From an uncultured Candidatus Actinomarina sp. (GTDB lineage: Bacteria > Actinomycetota > Acidimicrobiia > Actinomarinales > Actinomarinaceae): 64,000 nt of DNA. The notes under the pieces are model-generated. The model had not been told where the DNA came from, made no database searches, and saw nothing but the letters and a program-made list of their open reading frames with translations. The DNA is taken from contig CACPJC010000004.1 of assembly GCA_902634185.1 (NCBI GenBank), positions 1 through 64,000 on the forward strand. The letters run 5' to 3'. Positions 27,868 to 38,356 of the stretch are shown piece by piece (positions within the stretch are counted from its first letter, which is position 1; the number at the start of each line of letters is the position of its first letter). The translations under genes and the position numbers were made by a program.

Positions 27868-29886
27868 ATGCATAAAAAATTACATAAAGATTTATATTCC
27901 AAAAGAAACAAGAAAAAATATTATCCTCCTGTAAATAATATATCAATATCTCCATCAGATAACGTCAATTATGAAACTGAGGAAGATGTCACTGTCATTC
28001 GTAAGAAAAAATATAATCGTTTAGCTATATTTACAACACTTATTGCTTCAGGGCTAATAATTTTTGGCTATTCGATTTTTAGTAGTTCTTCTCAAAATGA
28101 GATAAATTTATTATCTGTTGATCAAATTGATACAATTTCTAACGACTCTATTTCAACAACAACTTCACCATCAACAACAACATCAACAACAACTTCATCA
28201 TCAACAACATCAACAACATCAACAACAACATCAACAACTTCAACTACTACTACTGTTCCTATTAATGTTGAAAATATATCTGATGCACAGAATCAACTTA
28301 CAATTCTTGGTTTATATACCGGTGATATCAATAACGAACTCAATAATGAAACTAAAGCTGCGTTAAAGGAGTTTCAGAGGCTTGCAGGTTTATCAGTTGA
28401 TGGCATTTTAGGTCCAAAAACTAAAGCAGCATTAGAAAAAGGTGAAGATTCATATATTGGTATTGGTGGTGCTGGTGTTAATAATGTAGAAGTTATTATT
28501 TATTCTAAAGAGATTGAAAATGCTCAGAAAACCTTAAAAGAACTAAATTTATACACTGGTGAAATAGACGGTATTAATGGTATAGGTACCAAATCTGCAA
28601 TCAAAGAATTTCAAAAATTAGCTGGGTTATCTATAGATGGTGTAATTGGACCTAATACAAAAGCAGCATTAGAAAAAGGTGAAGATTCATACGAGTCAGT
28701 TAATACAATTGAGAGCAGTTCATCAACTAATAATGAGGCACTAACTGTTGATTTAATTAATTATGACCCAAATGGTACATGTATTATTGGATACGTTAAT
28801 GAGGCACAAATTTGGGTACCTGACCCTTGTTTTTATCCTGTATTTGTTTTTAGATATGGACAAACTGCACAAGTGAATTCACAAGCTGAATTAGACGCTT
28901 ATTTAAGTCAAAATTGGTCTAGAACCAAAGAAAAAACATATAATTCTCTTGGTGAGGTTCCTACACAGAACTATACAAAAGGTATAAATTCTCCTGTAAA
29001 CGGATTAATAATGCCATCTGGATCTAATAACTCAATTGTTATAGGCATTAAGAATGACAATAACGTTAATGCGAGACCACAATCTGGACCTCAAAATGCT
29101 GATGCTGTTTTTGAAGTACTTGTCGAAGGTGGTATGACAAGGTTTATTAACATATTTTATCAGAGCGATACAACTTATCATGGTCCAATTAGATCTGCAA
29201 GACCAACTGATCCAACAGTTTTAAGACCTCTAGGTGGAGTACTTGTAGCTAGTGGAGCAACTGGGGGATTAATTCCTGAAATTGTTGATATGGGTGTACC
29301 AGTGATAACAGATAGAAGACCAGATTATTTTAGGATTACATCTCGAAGAGCTCCACATAACTTGTATGCAGATACAAACAAATTGAAATCTACAGCAATA
29401 TCGAAAGGATATAGAAAAACCAATACACCTCAACCATTGTTTCCTTGGGGTGAACCTTCTTTCAATAATTGGAAAACAAATTCGTACTTAACATTAGCTT
29501 TTTCTGGATACACCAAAACAACATGGACTTGGAATGGATCAAATTATGTTAGGACATATTATGATGCCTACAAAAATCAAAAGAGTGATAATGTTCATTA
29601 TTGGTCTGATATAAATGGAAATACAGGACAGATTTCATTTAAAACTGTAATTGCATTATTTTGTGAACCTTATGTTCACCCTCTACAGCTACCTTCAGTT
29701 AAAACTGTAGGTGAAGGTAGAGCAATAATTTTACATGGTGGAAAAATGTTGGATGCTAAATGGAAAAGAGGTTCAAATTTAGATCCGTTTCATATTGTTG
29801 ATGGCAACAACAACATATTGTATGTTCCTAAAGGAAAAGTTTGGATTTCTCTTGTTCCTAACACAAAAAATCCCTCTTTTGGCTAA
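27868..29886 (+). CDS. Membrane-anchored protein: Ser/Thr linker, two peptidoglycan-binding repeats, DUF3048 domain
   Basis: TM helix, poly-S/T, two copies of EFQ.LAGLS.DG..GP.T, then NARPQSG, VEGGMTRF, GPIRSAR, APHNLY. Confidence 0.85.
   Translation: MHKKLHKDLYSKRNKKKYYPPVNNISISPSDNVNYETEEDVTVIRKKKYNRLAIFTTLIASGLIIFGYSIFSSSSQNEINLLSVDQIDTISNDSISTTTSPSTTTSTTTSSSTTSTTSTTTSTTSTTTTVPINVENISDAQNQLTILGLYTGDINNELNNETKAALKEFQRLAGLSVDGILGPKTKAALEKGEDSYIGIGGAGVNNVEVIIYSKEIENAQKTLKELNLYTGEIDGINGIGTKSAIKEFQKLAGLSIDGVIGPNTKAALEKGEDSYESVNTIESSSSTNNEALTVDLINYDPNGTCIIGYVNEAQIWVPDPCFYPVFVFRYGQTAQVNSQAELDAYLSQNWSRTKEKTYNSLGEVPTQNYTKGINSPVNGLIMPSGSNNSIVIGIKNDNNVNARPQSGPQNADAVFEVLVEGGMTRFINIFYQSDTTYHGPIRSARPTDPTVLRPLGGVLVASGATGGLIPEIVDMGVPVITDRRPDYFRITSRRAPHNLYADTNKLKSTAISKGYRKTNTPQPLFPWGEPSFNNWKTNSYLTLAFSGYTKTTWTWNGSNYVRTYYDAYKNQKSDNVHYWSDINGNTGQISFKTVIALFCEPYVHPLQLPSVKTVGEGRAIILHGGKMLDAKWKRGSNLDPFHIVDGNNNILYVPKGKVWISLVPNTKNPSFG
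28152..28253 (+). repeat. Low-complexity TCA/ACA repeat encoding the Ser/Thr linker
   Basis: tcaacaacaacttcaccatcaacaacaacatcaacaacaac... Confidence 0.85.
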
Positions 29887-29927
29887 ATAGCTTTACTTTT
29901 TAGAAATGTTCGTGGTAATCTAAGAGT

Positions 29928-29992
29928 GCGTTTCAATTAAGTGTGATACGCAGCCCTGTTGGGAAGCCTCCTTTTTGGGGGCTTCCGTTTTT
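29928..29992 (+). ncRNA. Candidate ~65-nt sRNA (5' hairpin, linker, GC-rich terminator)
   Basis: TG-n-TAATCT (29913-29921), then 6 nt, hairpin gcgtttca/tgatacgc, AGCCCTGTT linker, terminator. Confidence 0.5.
29962..29992 (+). terminator. Intrinsic terminator
   Basis: ggaagcctcc-ttttt-gggggcttcc followed by gttttt. Confidence 0.85.
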
Positions 29993-30934
29993 CTAGAGCT
30001 TTTCAGATAAGATATCTAATGTATCGCCCCAAACAATATCAGGAACGTATGCTATTAAGTAATCACATTCAACTTCAGTAAATTGATCCATTATTTCAAA
30101 AACTTTTTCTTTTACTCCAACAAGTGGTTTGCTTGTATACATCTCTTCAGGAATACCTGTAAATTCCACAATTTTTCTTAATTTGTCTTCTAAATCTTTT
30201 TGATTTTCTCCAATAATTACATTTGTATGAAGAGTTTTTTTTATCTCAGAATATTCACGTTTTTGAACTTCACAGTGTTCTTTTAATATTTTGGATTTAT
30301 GTATAAAGCCTTCAACATCAACATCCCAATTTCCATAATCACCGTATTTTGCAAGTAATTTCAAAGTAACTTTTTCTCCACCGCCACAAACCCAAAGTGG
30401 TGGATATGGTTTTTGTAATGGTTTTGGTTGGTTTATTGCTTCTTTTATTTGATAGTATTCACCTTCAAATGTTGCTTTCTCCTGGGTTGTCATTGCAATA
30501 TATATTTGTAAAGCTTCTTCCAACATTTTTAATCTGACACCAGCAGAGGGATATTCATATCCATAAGCTTTATATTCTTGATCATACCAACCAGCACCAA
30601 TAGCAAATTCTAATCTGCCTCCAGACATGGAATCAATACTAGATGCTACTTTTGTTAGATACGCAGGGTTTCTATAAGAATTACACGTACACATTTGTCC
30701 AATTCTCACTTCTGATGTTACTTGAGATAAAGCTGCCATTAGTGACCAACATTCAAATGTTGGATCTTGAGTTGGGGATGGAACAGTGTGAAAGTGATCG
30801 TATACCCAGACAGATTCATATTTTAATTTTTCAATTTTTGCAGTTGATTCTAAAATTGTATCCCACTGATCTTTTGGATCTATTCCATGTAAATCCATTC
30901 TCCAACCTTGAGGTACCATTGCACCAATTTTCAT
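29993..30934 (-). CDS. F420-dependent LLM oxidoreductase, Rv1855c-type
   Basis: PQGW, YDHFH, GQMCTCNSYRNPAYL, GAGWY..EY..YG, GGGEKVTL. Confidence 0.85.
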   Translation of the reverse strand: MKIGAMVPQGWRMDLHGIDPKDQWDTILESTAKIEKLKYESVWVYDHFHTVPSPTQDPTFECWSLMAALSQVTSEVRIGQMCTCNSYRNPAYLTKVASSIDSMSGGRLEFAIGAGWYDQEYKAYGYEYPSAGVRLKMLEEALQIYIAMTTQEKATFEGEYYQIKEAINQPKPLQKPYPPLWVCGGGEKVTLKLLAKYGDYGNWDVDVEGFIHKSKILKEHCEVQKREYSEIKKTLHTNVIIGENQKDLEDKLRKIVEFTGIPEEMYTSKPLVGVKEKVFEIMDQFTEVECDYLIAYVPDIVWGDTLDILSEKL

Positions 30935-31299
30935 TTTTTATTCATCCTTTTTAAAATCATCAATAAATCGGATAATTCTTCTCTTTTAGGCCGATTTTTA
31001 TATATGTAAAATAAATATACTAACAATGTTATTAAAAAAATGAACGTAATACTTGATGTAACAAGTATTGTTAACCCTCTTTCCCGACATTGTCTCCAAT
31101 TTGCACCTAATTTTTCTGAATACTCACTATTACTTGTTGCTTGGACCACCTCTAAGATGTCACCACATATAATTTCATAACTTCTGAAATCATTCAATGA
31201 AATAGCGTTATATTTAAGCGTTACTGTGGAGAATACGTTAATTAAAATGGTAATTAGTAAAAATATAATAAGCTTGATTGGAAATTTTATATTAAACAT
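30931..31299 (-). CDS. Hypothetical membrane protein with two TM helices and two Cys in the loop
   Basis: ATGA overlap with the LLM gene; hydrophobic segments. Confidence 0.6.
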   Translation of the reverse strand: MFNIKFPIKLIIFLLITILINVFSTVTLKYNAISLNDFRSYEIICGDILEVVQATSNSEYSEKLGANWRQCRERGLTILVTSSITFIFLITLLVYLFYIYKNRPKREELSDLLMILKRMNKK

Positions 31300-31320
31300 A
31301 ATCTATATAAACTCTAACAA

Positions 31321-31896
31321 ATGGAAAAAATAACCCTTTATAAAGAACAATTATCGAGAATGAGATCGATGAATAGGTATTATCACGACCAATTTTTACT
31401 AGATGTAAGAATATTGTTCATTCTAAATACAGTATTTATATTTTTATCTTTAAATAATAAGAACGCTCTTTATTTAATTCCATTAATTTCATTATTTGGA
31501 TCTGTTCTATTGAGTTTTCACGCTTATTTTTTAATATTTTCTAGGCATTACAGTGAATTTATCGAAAAGAGAATCAACTCTGAATATGACGAGAATATTC
31601 TTATTGCTCATGAATTAGAAAATGATTATTTCTTTCCTACACAGGAACGAAAAATTGTTGTAGCTGTACTTAACAAAGGTTTTACATGGTTTAGTTTCGT
31701 AACATTATTTATTACTCTTTATGGAATATCTTCATATATTTGGGCGATGAGTCAAATTTTAAATAATGACTTAAACATGATGTATATTTATTTAGTATCG
31801 ACCGTAACATTTATTACACTTGTAATAGGCTACTGGTGGTTTGTTTCTGGAACTGGCGAGAAAAGATTAGAGAAAGTTTTTAATAAACATGGATAG
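31321..31896 (+). CDS. Hypothetical protein with four TM helices
   Basis: Four hydrophobic stretches; overlaps the next gene. Confidence 0.65.
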   Translation: MEKITLYKEQLSRMRSMNRYYHDQFLLDVRILFILNTVFIFLSLNNKNALYLIPLISLFGSVLLSFHAYFLIFSRHYSEFIEKRINSEYDENILIAHELENDYFFPTQERKIVVAVLNKGFTWFSFVTLFITLYGISSYIWAMSQILNNDLNMMYIYLVSTVTFITLVIGYWWFVSGTGEKRLEKVFNKHG

Positions 31897-32272
31897 CAAG
31901 AATTTTTTAGAAGGTACATTTGATCCTTATATCGGACATGAAATCATCGAGATAAGAGAGAACTATGTAAAAAGCTCACTTGAAGTCAAAGATTTTCACA
32001 AACAACCTATGGGGATGGTTCATGGTGGGGTAATAGATACCATGGCTGAAGCTGCAATATCTTATGCTGCTTATTTCACACAAGAAGGTACTTGGGTCGG
32101 TGTAAATAACAATACTGATTTTATCAGAGCAATTACTGATGGAACAATCATATGTGAAGCAACTCCCATTAAGCTTGGCAAGAGATCACAGATTTGGGAA
32201 GCAAAATTATATAACAATGATACTGAATGCGCACGATCAACAGTTCGTTTAACTAACATTGATAAGTCATGA
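31889..32272 (+). CDS. PaaI-family hotdog thioesterase
   Basis: HKQPMGMVHGG..TMAE, VGVNNNTDFIR. Confidence 0.88.
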   Translation: MDSKNFLEGTFDPYIGHEIIEIRENYVKSSLEVKDFHKQPMGMVHGGVIDTMAEAAISYAAYFTQEGTWVGVNNNTDFIRAITDGTIICEATPIKLGKRSQIWEAKLYNNDTECARSTVRLTNIDKS

Positions 32273-32892
32273 AAAGATACTTAATTTTAATTGTGTTATT
32301 ATTAATTTTTTGTGGTGAAGACACTGTAGAAGAAACAATTATAGAAACAACGGAGGTTACAGAAGTGGCATACGATAAGACTTATACATCACCGCCTGAA
32401 ATGTCTATCAATGAACAGGCTAAATATATTGCAACAATTGAAACATCACTAGGAACACTTGTAATCGATCTGTATGCTGACATAGCACCTAAAACAGTCA
32501 ACAATTTTGTTAATTTATCTAATGACGGATATTACGACGATATTATTTTTCATCGTGTAATTAAAGGTTTCATGATACAAGGTGGGGATCCGAGTGGAAC
32601 CGGGCATGGTGAAATGGGTAAATTCCCAGGTTATGAATTTGAGGATGAATTAGATTATCCAATGAATTATGCAAAAGGAATCGTTGCTATGGCAAATAGA
32701 GGACCAAATACTAATGGAAGCCAATTCTTTATTATGCACGTTGACTATCCATTACCATATCAATACACAATATTTGGTAAAGTTTCTGAAGGCCTTGATA
32801 CAGTGGACTCAATAGCCAATGTTCAAACAGGCGACAATGATAAACCTGTAGATGATGTAGTTATAAAAAGTATAAAAATTACAGAGAAGTAA
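32269..32892 (+). CDS. Cyclophilin-type peptidyl-prolyl isomerase, exported
   Basis: FHRVIKGFMIQGGDP, AMANRGPNTNGSQFFI; N-terminal signal. Confidence 0.93.
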   Translation: MKRYLILIVLLLIFCGEDTVEETIIETTEVTEVAYDKTYTSPPEMSINEQAKYIATIETSLGTLVIDLYADIAPKTVNNFVNLSNDGYYDDIIFHRVIKGFMIQGGDPSGTGHGEMGKFPGYEFEDELDYPMNYAKGIVAMANRGPNTNGSQFFIMHVDYPLPYQYTIFGKVSEGLDTVDSIANVQTGDNDKPVDDVVIKSIKITEK

Positions 32893-33445
32893 GAATTTTT
32901 AACGACTTTTTAGTCAAGGTTCCACCGGCTAATCCTTTTTTTGAACTTTTAAGAAATCCTTTTGTGAAACATTCTTTTGTAAGGTTTTTTACATAAGACT
33001 CTTTATAATTTATTTTTTCACTAATTTTTCTAGATATATTTTCACCATATTCTCTTTCGGTGTTTAAGTAGAACAATGAGTAAATAGCTAATAAATCTGA
33101 TCTGTTGTTGTATTGCTTTTTATTAATTTTTTTTATTAAATCCTTTGATGTAAGTATTGGATCGTAAATAGGTGAATTTTTCTTATACGTTTTTTTATCT
33201 AGATCAATATTTTTATCAATTAATTTAATACTTGTTTTTACTAAATTGTGGATATTAATTTTTCTTAAATCTGTTGAATTAATATTGGTAGATTTCTCTT
33301 TATTTTCAATCACTATTTTCTTACATGTCAGTTGATATTGATTTATTGGAATAAATTCAAGATATAAATTTTGGTTTTTAATTAATTTTTTAAAAGAAAC
33401 TACAATTTTGTTTAGTTCAAATATTACATCTGTAGTTTTACTCAT
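32879..33445 (-). CDS. Basic hypothetical protein with a C-terminal HTH-like region (DUF6214-like)
   Basis: ISEKINYKESYVKNLTKECFTKGFL...GLAGG.LT. Confidence 0.45.
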   Translation of the reverse strand: MSKTTDVIFELNKIVVSFKKLIKNQNLYLEFIPINQYQLTCKKIVIENKEKSTNINSTDLRKINIHNLVKTSIKLIDKNIDLDKKTYKKNSPIYDPILTSKDLIKKINKKQYNNRSDLLAIYSLFYLNTEREYGENISRKISEKINYKESYVKNLTKECFTKGFLKSSKKGLAGGTLTKKSLKILTSL

Positions 33446-33521
33446 ATATTTATTAAAACAGATGTTTAATTAATTTATAGTTTCTTAGGTAGAATAAATT
33501 AATAATTAATATACAAAAGTA

Positions 33522-35450
33522 ATGATAAATATAACATTTCCTGATAAATCAGTTAGAAAATATGAATCTAGTATCACTGGTAATGATCTAGCTAAATCAA
33601 TTAGCAATAGTCTTGCGAAAAGTGCTGTTTGTATTGAAATTAACGGTGAATTGAGAGACCTTTCATATTTAATTGAAAATGATGCAGTCTGTAAAATTTT
33701 TACCAAAGAAGATCAATATTCCCTTGATACGTTAAGACACTCAACTGCACATGTTATGGCACAAGCTGTCTTAAATCTTTATCCTGGCACTGAGTTTGCT
33801 GTTGGACCCTCCATTGATGATGGTTTTTATTACGATTTCCTGTTTAAGGAAAATATTAAAGAGTCTGACTTAATCAAAATTGAAAATGAAATGAGAAGAA
33901 TCAGTAAATCCCAGCAGGATTTTGTTAGAGAAGAAATTTCGAAGGATGAAGCATATAGGATTTTTAGTAAACAAACATTTAAGCAAGAACTTATTAATTC
34001 AGCTGACAAAAGTGAAGGTGTATCCGAAGAAAATATATCTATTTATAAAAATGATAAATTTAGTGATTTATGTAGAGGTCCACATGTTCAAAATACTAGT
34101 TTGATAAATCATTTCAAATTAACCAAGCTTGCTGGAGCTTATTGGAGAGGTATAGAAACAAATCCACAATTACAAAGAATTTATGGTACTGCCTGGTTCA
34201 ACAAAGATGATTTAGATAATTATTTAAAAAGACAAGAAGAAGCAGAGAAACGTGATCATAGAAAATTAGGCAACGAATTAGATTTATTTATTAGTACTGA
34301 TGAAACTGGTCCTGGTCAATTTTTGTGGAAACCAAAAGGTGCTGTATTAAGACAAATAATAGAAGACTATTCAAAAAAAGCACATTCTGAAAATGGTTAT
34401 GATTATGCTTACACACCTCATATTGGTAGATCAGTCTTATGGGAAACATCCGGTCATTTAGATTACTACAAAGAAGGTATGTTTCCTCCATTAAAAAACG
34501 AAGAGAATGATGAAGAGTATTATCTCAAACCAATGAACTGTCCTTTCCATATTCTTATATATAAAAGTGACATTCGTTCGTATAAAGAATTACCTCTAAG
34601 ATATTTTGAGTTAGGATCTGTATACAGATACGAAAAATCTGGTGTTTTACATGGCCTATTAAGAGCTAGAGGTTTCACACAAGACGATGCTCATATTTTT
34701 TGTACAACAGACCAAATTGAAGATGAGATACTCAACCTATTAACATTTTCAATAAAATTATTAAAATCATTTGGCTTTGACTCAATTGAAGCAGATCTTT
34801 CTACAAGACCTGAAAAATCAATCGGAAATAATGATGATTGGGAGAAAGCAACAAATAGTCTTAAGTCTGCACTCGAGAATCAAAATATATCTTATGTAAC
34901 AGCTCATGGAGAAGGTGCATTTTACGGTCCGAAAATAGATTTACATGTAAAAGATGCAATTGGTAGACGATGGCAATTATCAACAATACAAGTTGATTTT
35001 GCACAACCTGATAATTTCGATCTGCAATTCGTTGATAGTAATAATAAAAGAGTCAAGCCAGTTATGATTCATCGAGCATTGCTTGGATCTATTGAGAGAT
35101 TTACTGGTATTCTTATTGAAAATTATGCAGGTGAATTTCCAGGATGGTTATCACCATTACAGGTAAAAATTCTTACCATTGGTGATGTAAGTAATTATTT
35201 AAATAAAATCACTAAATCACTAAAAGGATTTAGATACGAAATTGATGATCGAAATTTACGACTTGGTGAAAAATTACATGATGCATCAAAAGATAGAATC
35301 CCTATAACCCTAATTGTCGGAGAAAAAGATGAATTATCAAATACCTTAGCTATAAATATACGTTCACAAGACAACCAGCAAAATGTGAAGTATGAAGATG
35401 CTATTAAACGAATTAAAGCTAATCTTAAGACACCGATTTTTAAAATATAA
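33522..35450 (+). CDS. thrS: Threonine--tRNA ligase
   Basis: RHSTAH, DLCRGPH, RDHRKLG, KPMNCP, FTQDDAH, AFYGPKID. Confidence 0.97.
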   Translation: MINITFPDKSVRKYESSITGNDLAKSISNSLAKSAVCIEINGELRDLSYLIENDAVCKIFTKEDQYSLDTLRHSTAHVMAQAVLNLYPGTEFAVGPSIDDGFYYDFLFKENIKESDLIKIENEMRRISKSQQDFVREEISKDEAYRIFSKQTFKQELINSADKSEGVSEENISIYKNDKFSDLCRGPHVQNTSLINHFKLTKLAGAYWRGIETNPQLQRIYGTAWFNKDDLDNYLKRQEEAEKRDHRKLGNELDLFISTDETGPGQFLWKPKGAVLRQIIEDYSKKAHSENGYDYAYTPHIGRSVLWETSGHLDYYKEGMFPPLKNEENDEEYYLKPMNCPFHILIYKSDIRSYKELPLRYFELGSVYRYEKSGVLHGLLRARGFTQDDAHIFCTTDQIEDEILNLLTFSIKLLKSFGFDSIEADLSTRPEKSIGNNDDWEKATNSLKSALENQNISYVTAHGEGAFYGPKIDLHVKDAIGRRWQLSTIQVDFAQPDNFDLQFVDSNNKRVKPVMIHRALLGSIERFTGILIENYAGEFPGWLSPLQVKILTIGDVSNYLNKITKSLKGFRYEIDDRNLRLGEKLHDASKDRIPITLIVGEKDELSNTLAINIRSQDNQQNVKYEDAIKRIKANLKTPIFKI

Positions 35451-35941
35451 TGGCTGAAGGCATAAACATTAATGAAAAGGACGTTCAGAAAGAAAACGTA
35501 CCTGATGATTTAAACTCTCTGGCAGTAGGAAGCTACGTTATTCCAAACCCTCTTAGAAGAAGAAGATTTGCCCATATAGTGTTATTAGCATCCATAATTG
35601 CGTTGGGATTAAACTTTACATTAGAATTAGGAGATTTAATACCGTCATCATTAATTTTAGGATTAACAAGTATTTTTATATATGCTATTGATAACAGAAT
35701 CTCATTAAATCAAAATGAAATTCTTGAATTTTTAACAGATAAAATCAATCATTCAATAGGGTATTACTCCATTGCTTTAACTTTTCAATTCAAATTCAAA
35801 TTAAGACTCTTAAATCCGGTTTGGACAGTAATTGTATATGATCATAAAAATCCACCATCTTTAAAAACTATCTTAGAAATCGACGCTTTAAAACTTGAAC
35901 TTATAGGTGATATCTATACCGAAGAAATAGTTGATGCTTGA
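35450..35941 (+). CDS. Hypothetical protein with two TM helices
   Basis: TAATG coupling to thrS; PNPLRRRR followed by two TM helices. Confidence 0.7.
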   Translation: MAEGININEKDVQKENVPDDLNSLAVGSYVIPNPLRRRRFAHIVLLASIIALGLNFTLELGDLIPSSLILGLTSIFIYAIDNRISLNQNEILEFLTDKINHSIGYYSIALTFQFKFKLRLLNPVWTVIVYDHKNPPSLKTILEIDALKLELIGDIYTEEIVDA

Positions 35942-36503
35942 AAAGTATTTTAAATCTGCTTCTGAAAAATTTGCCGTTCCATTTATTAATATTTGTATAA
36001 AGCTTGGTATTAAACCAAATGTACTATCTTTCTTAGGGTTATTGATAGTAATTATTGGATGTTATTTGTTTTTAAATGATATTAAGACAACTGGAACAAT
36101 AACAATTTTTATTGGTAGCGCAATTGACGGATTAGACGGACCTTTAGCAAGAAAAACCAATATGATTTCAAAAAAAGGCGCTTTACTTGATTCATTTATT
36201 GATAGAGTTGGTGAACTTTTTATATGGAGCGTAGTTGCTCTTAGGTTTACTTCAACGGATTTTGAATTGTTTATTATATTATCAATCGTTACTGGATCAA
36301 ATTTAATTCCATATTTAAGAGCTCGTGGTGAGTCTTTGGGTATAGATAACAAAGTTGGTATTGCTGCTCGTCCAGAACGTGTAATTTTTGCTGTAATATT
36401 TATGCTTTTTGAACTACCTTTTTACAGTATTTATATATTCACATTCATATTGTGGTTTACTGTTTATCAAAGATTTAATATTCTATATAACAATTTCAAA
36501 TGA
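35934..36503 (+). CDS. pgsA: CDP-alcohol phosphatidyltransferase (phosphatidylinositol phosphate synthase)
   Basis: DGLDGPLAR..GALLDSFIDR, RPER; position in the PIM operon. Confidence 0.85.
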   Translation: MLEKYFKSASEKFAVPFINICIKLGIKPNVLSFLGLLIVIIGCYLFLNDIKTTGTITIFIGSAIDGLDGPLARKTNMISKKGALLDSFIDRVGELFIWSVVALRFTSTDFELFIILSIVTGSNLIPYLRARGESLGIDNKVGIAARPERVIFAVIFMLFELPFYSIYIFTFILWFTVYQRFNILYNNFK

Positions 36504-37366
36504 AAATTTTACAATATCTACTTATTAGTTTGAGCCATAAAATATTAAAAATCTTACCATATAGATTCATAAGACTATTATCTGTTCCAATTGGTACTCT
36601 ATATTATCTTTTGACATTGAGATCGTCAATAAAGCTATTTAATCGAAAAAAAATATTTGAGAAATTGAAAATCACCTATAAACCACTAATTGTAAAAATT
36701 AATTACACACGATATTGGTTGGAAACCTTGTGGCTTACAAATAAGAATTTTTCTAAACATATCACACCATATGTAGAAATCGAAAATCAAGAATATGTTG
36801 ATAAGTTAAAAAAACAATATCCTGGTTTAATATTCGCACTTCCTCATCTTGGTAATTGGGAATTTGCAATCCCTATAGGTAATTCAATAAAATTAAATCT
36901 TCTTGCAGTAGCTGAACCATTAAGTAACAGTTATGTTTTGAATTGGTTTAAAACATTACGAGAATCACTTGGGATAGAAATAATTATTGGAGGAAAAGGT
37001 CAAAATACTTTTGAATTACTTGTTAATAAATTGAAAGCTGGAAAAGATATATGTCTTCTATCTGAGAGAAGTATCAAAAAATCGGGTGTTGCAACTGAAT
37101 TTTTTGGTCAACTCGCTGCCTTTCCAAAAGGACCGGTCGCACTTTCATTAAAAACTGAAGTGCCGATCATTCCAACTGCAATGATAAAAACAAAACGTGG
37201 ATACAAGTTAAGATTTAACAAGCCGTTTTATGTGCCATACTTTGAGAATGAAGCAACTAGTATACAACACGGTTTAAAAACTCTATCTAAAAGTTTTGAA
37301 GAATTATTAGCCTTAGATATAAACGATTGGCACTCAATTCAACCTGTGTGGACAAGTGAATACTAA
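36500..37366 (+). CDS. Phosphatidylinositol mannoside acyltransferase (PatA-like)
   Basis: ALPHLGNWE, FFGQ.A.FP.GP, WH..QPVW. Confidence 0.82.
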   Translation: MKILQYLLISLSHKILKILPYRFIRLLSVPIGTLYYLLTLRSSIKLFNRKKIFEKLKITYKPLIVKINYTRYWLETLWLTNKNFSKHITPYVEIENQEYVDKLKKQYPGLIFALPHLGNWEFAIPIGNSIKLNLLAVAEPLSNSYVLNWFKTLRESLGIEIIIGGKGQNTFELLVNKLKAGKDICLLSERSIKKSGVATEFFGQLAAFPKGPVALSLKTEVPIIPTAMIKTKRGYKLRFNKPFYVPYFENEATSIQHGLKTLSKSFEELLALDINDWHSIQPVWTSEY

Positions 37367-38342
37367 TCTATTATTAGTTTCACCATATAACGTTAATTTT
37401 AATGGTGGGGTACAAAACCAAGTTAATTTATTTAAGAATAACTTGGACAACTCTAAATTTAATGTTCGTATATTAGCGCCAGATTCATCTGATTATGACA
37501 TTGGCAAATCAATTAAAATTCCTTTCAATGGGTCAAATAATCCAATATCACTTTTACCTAATAAACAAATTTTAAATGAAGCCATTTCATGGGCAGATAT
37601 TATTCATATTCATGAACCATTTATCCCATTATTTTTTTGGAGATTAAAAAGTTCTAAAAAAATTATCGTCACTCATCATGCAAAAATAAGTAAGTTTATA
37701 TATTTTGGTCTTAAATTTTTGTACTTAACTTTAAATAATAAGAATTTTTATTCTACTGCTGTAAGTAAGGAGGCAAAAGCGAATGCTTTAACGTTATCAA
37801 AGACAACAAGAATAATTCCTAATTTCATTGTTATTGATGAAGATATTTCTTTTATTCCAAATAATAATTTTCTATTCATGGGGAGAAATGAAACTAGAAA
37901 AAACTTAAAATTGTTCATAGATTTATCAAAGACTATAGATGAGACAAAAGATTTTATTGCAATAACTAATAAAAGTTCAGAGAAGGATTTAATACAATAC
38001 GAACTTAATACCTCAGATGATGAGAAAAATTTGATCATTAAAAATGTTGGTTTTTATATTGCACCACAAACTCATTCTGAAAGTTTTGGTATAACAATAT
38101 TAGAAGCAATAAATGCCGGTAATATTGCAATTTGTTCAAACCTACCCGCTTTTATGGATCTTTTAGGAGATAGTGGTATTTACTTTAAGAATGATAATCT
38201 CCAATCATTACTGAACGTACTAAATAAAATAAATAATTCAGATTTACACACAATATGGAATAAACAATACGACCATATAAATAATAATTACAATTCAAAA
38301 AAAGTATTAGATGATTGGATTTATGTCTATAACAATTTGTAG
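37356..38342 (+). CDS. pimA: GT4 glycosyltransferase, phosphatidyl-myo-inositol mannosyltransferase
   Basis: [30 protein letters not shown]; operon context. Confidence 0.8.
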   Translation: MNTNLLLVSPYNVNFNGGVQNQVNLFKNNLDNSKFNVRILAPDSSDYDIGKSIKIPFNGSNNPISLLPNKQILNEAISWADIIHIHEPFIPLFFWRLKSSKKIIVTHHAKISKFIYFGLKFLYLTLNNKNFYSTAVSKEAKANALTLSKTTRIIPNFIVIDEDISFIPNNNFLFMGRNETRKNLKLFIDLSKTIDETKDFIAITNKSSEKDLIQYELNTSDDEKNLIIKNVGFYIAPQTHSESFGITILEAINAGNIAICSNLPAFMDLLGDSGIYFKNDNLQSLLNVLNKINNSDLHTIWNKQYDHINNNYNSKKVLDDWIYVYNNL

Positions 38343-38356
38343 GTAGTATTAATTAT

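Noticed and set aside
28118-28366. Poly-Gln/His ORF
   Set aside because: Alternative frame of the Ser/Thr-coding repeat
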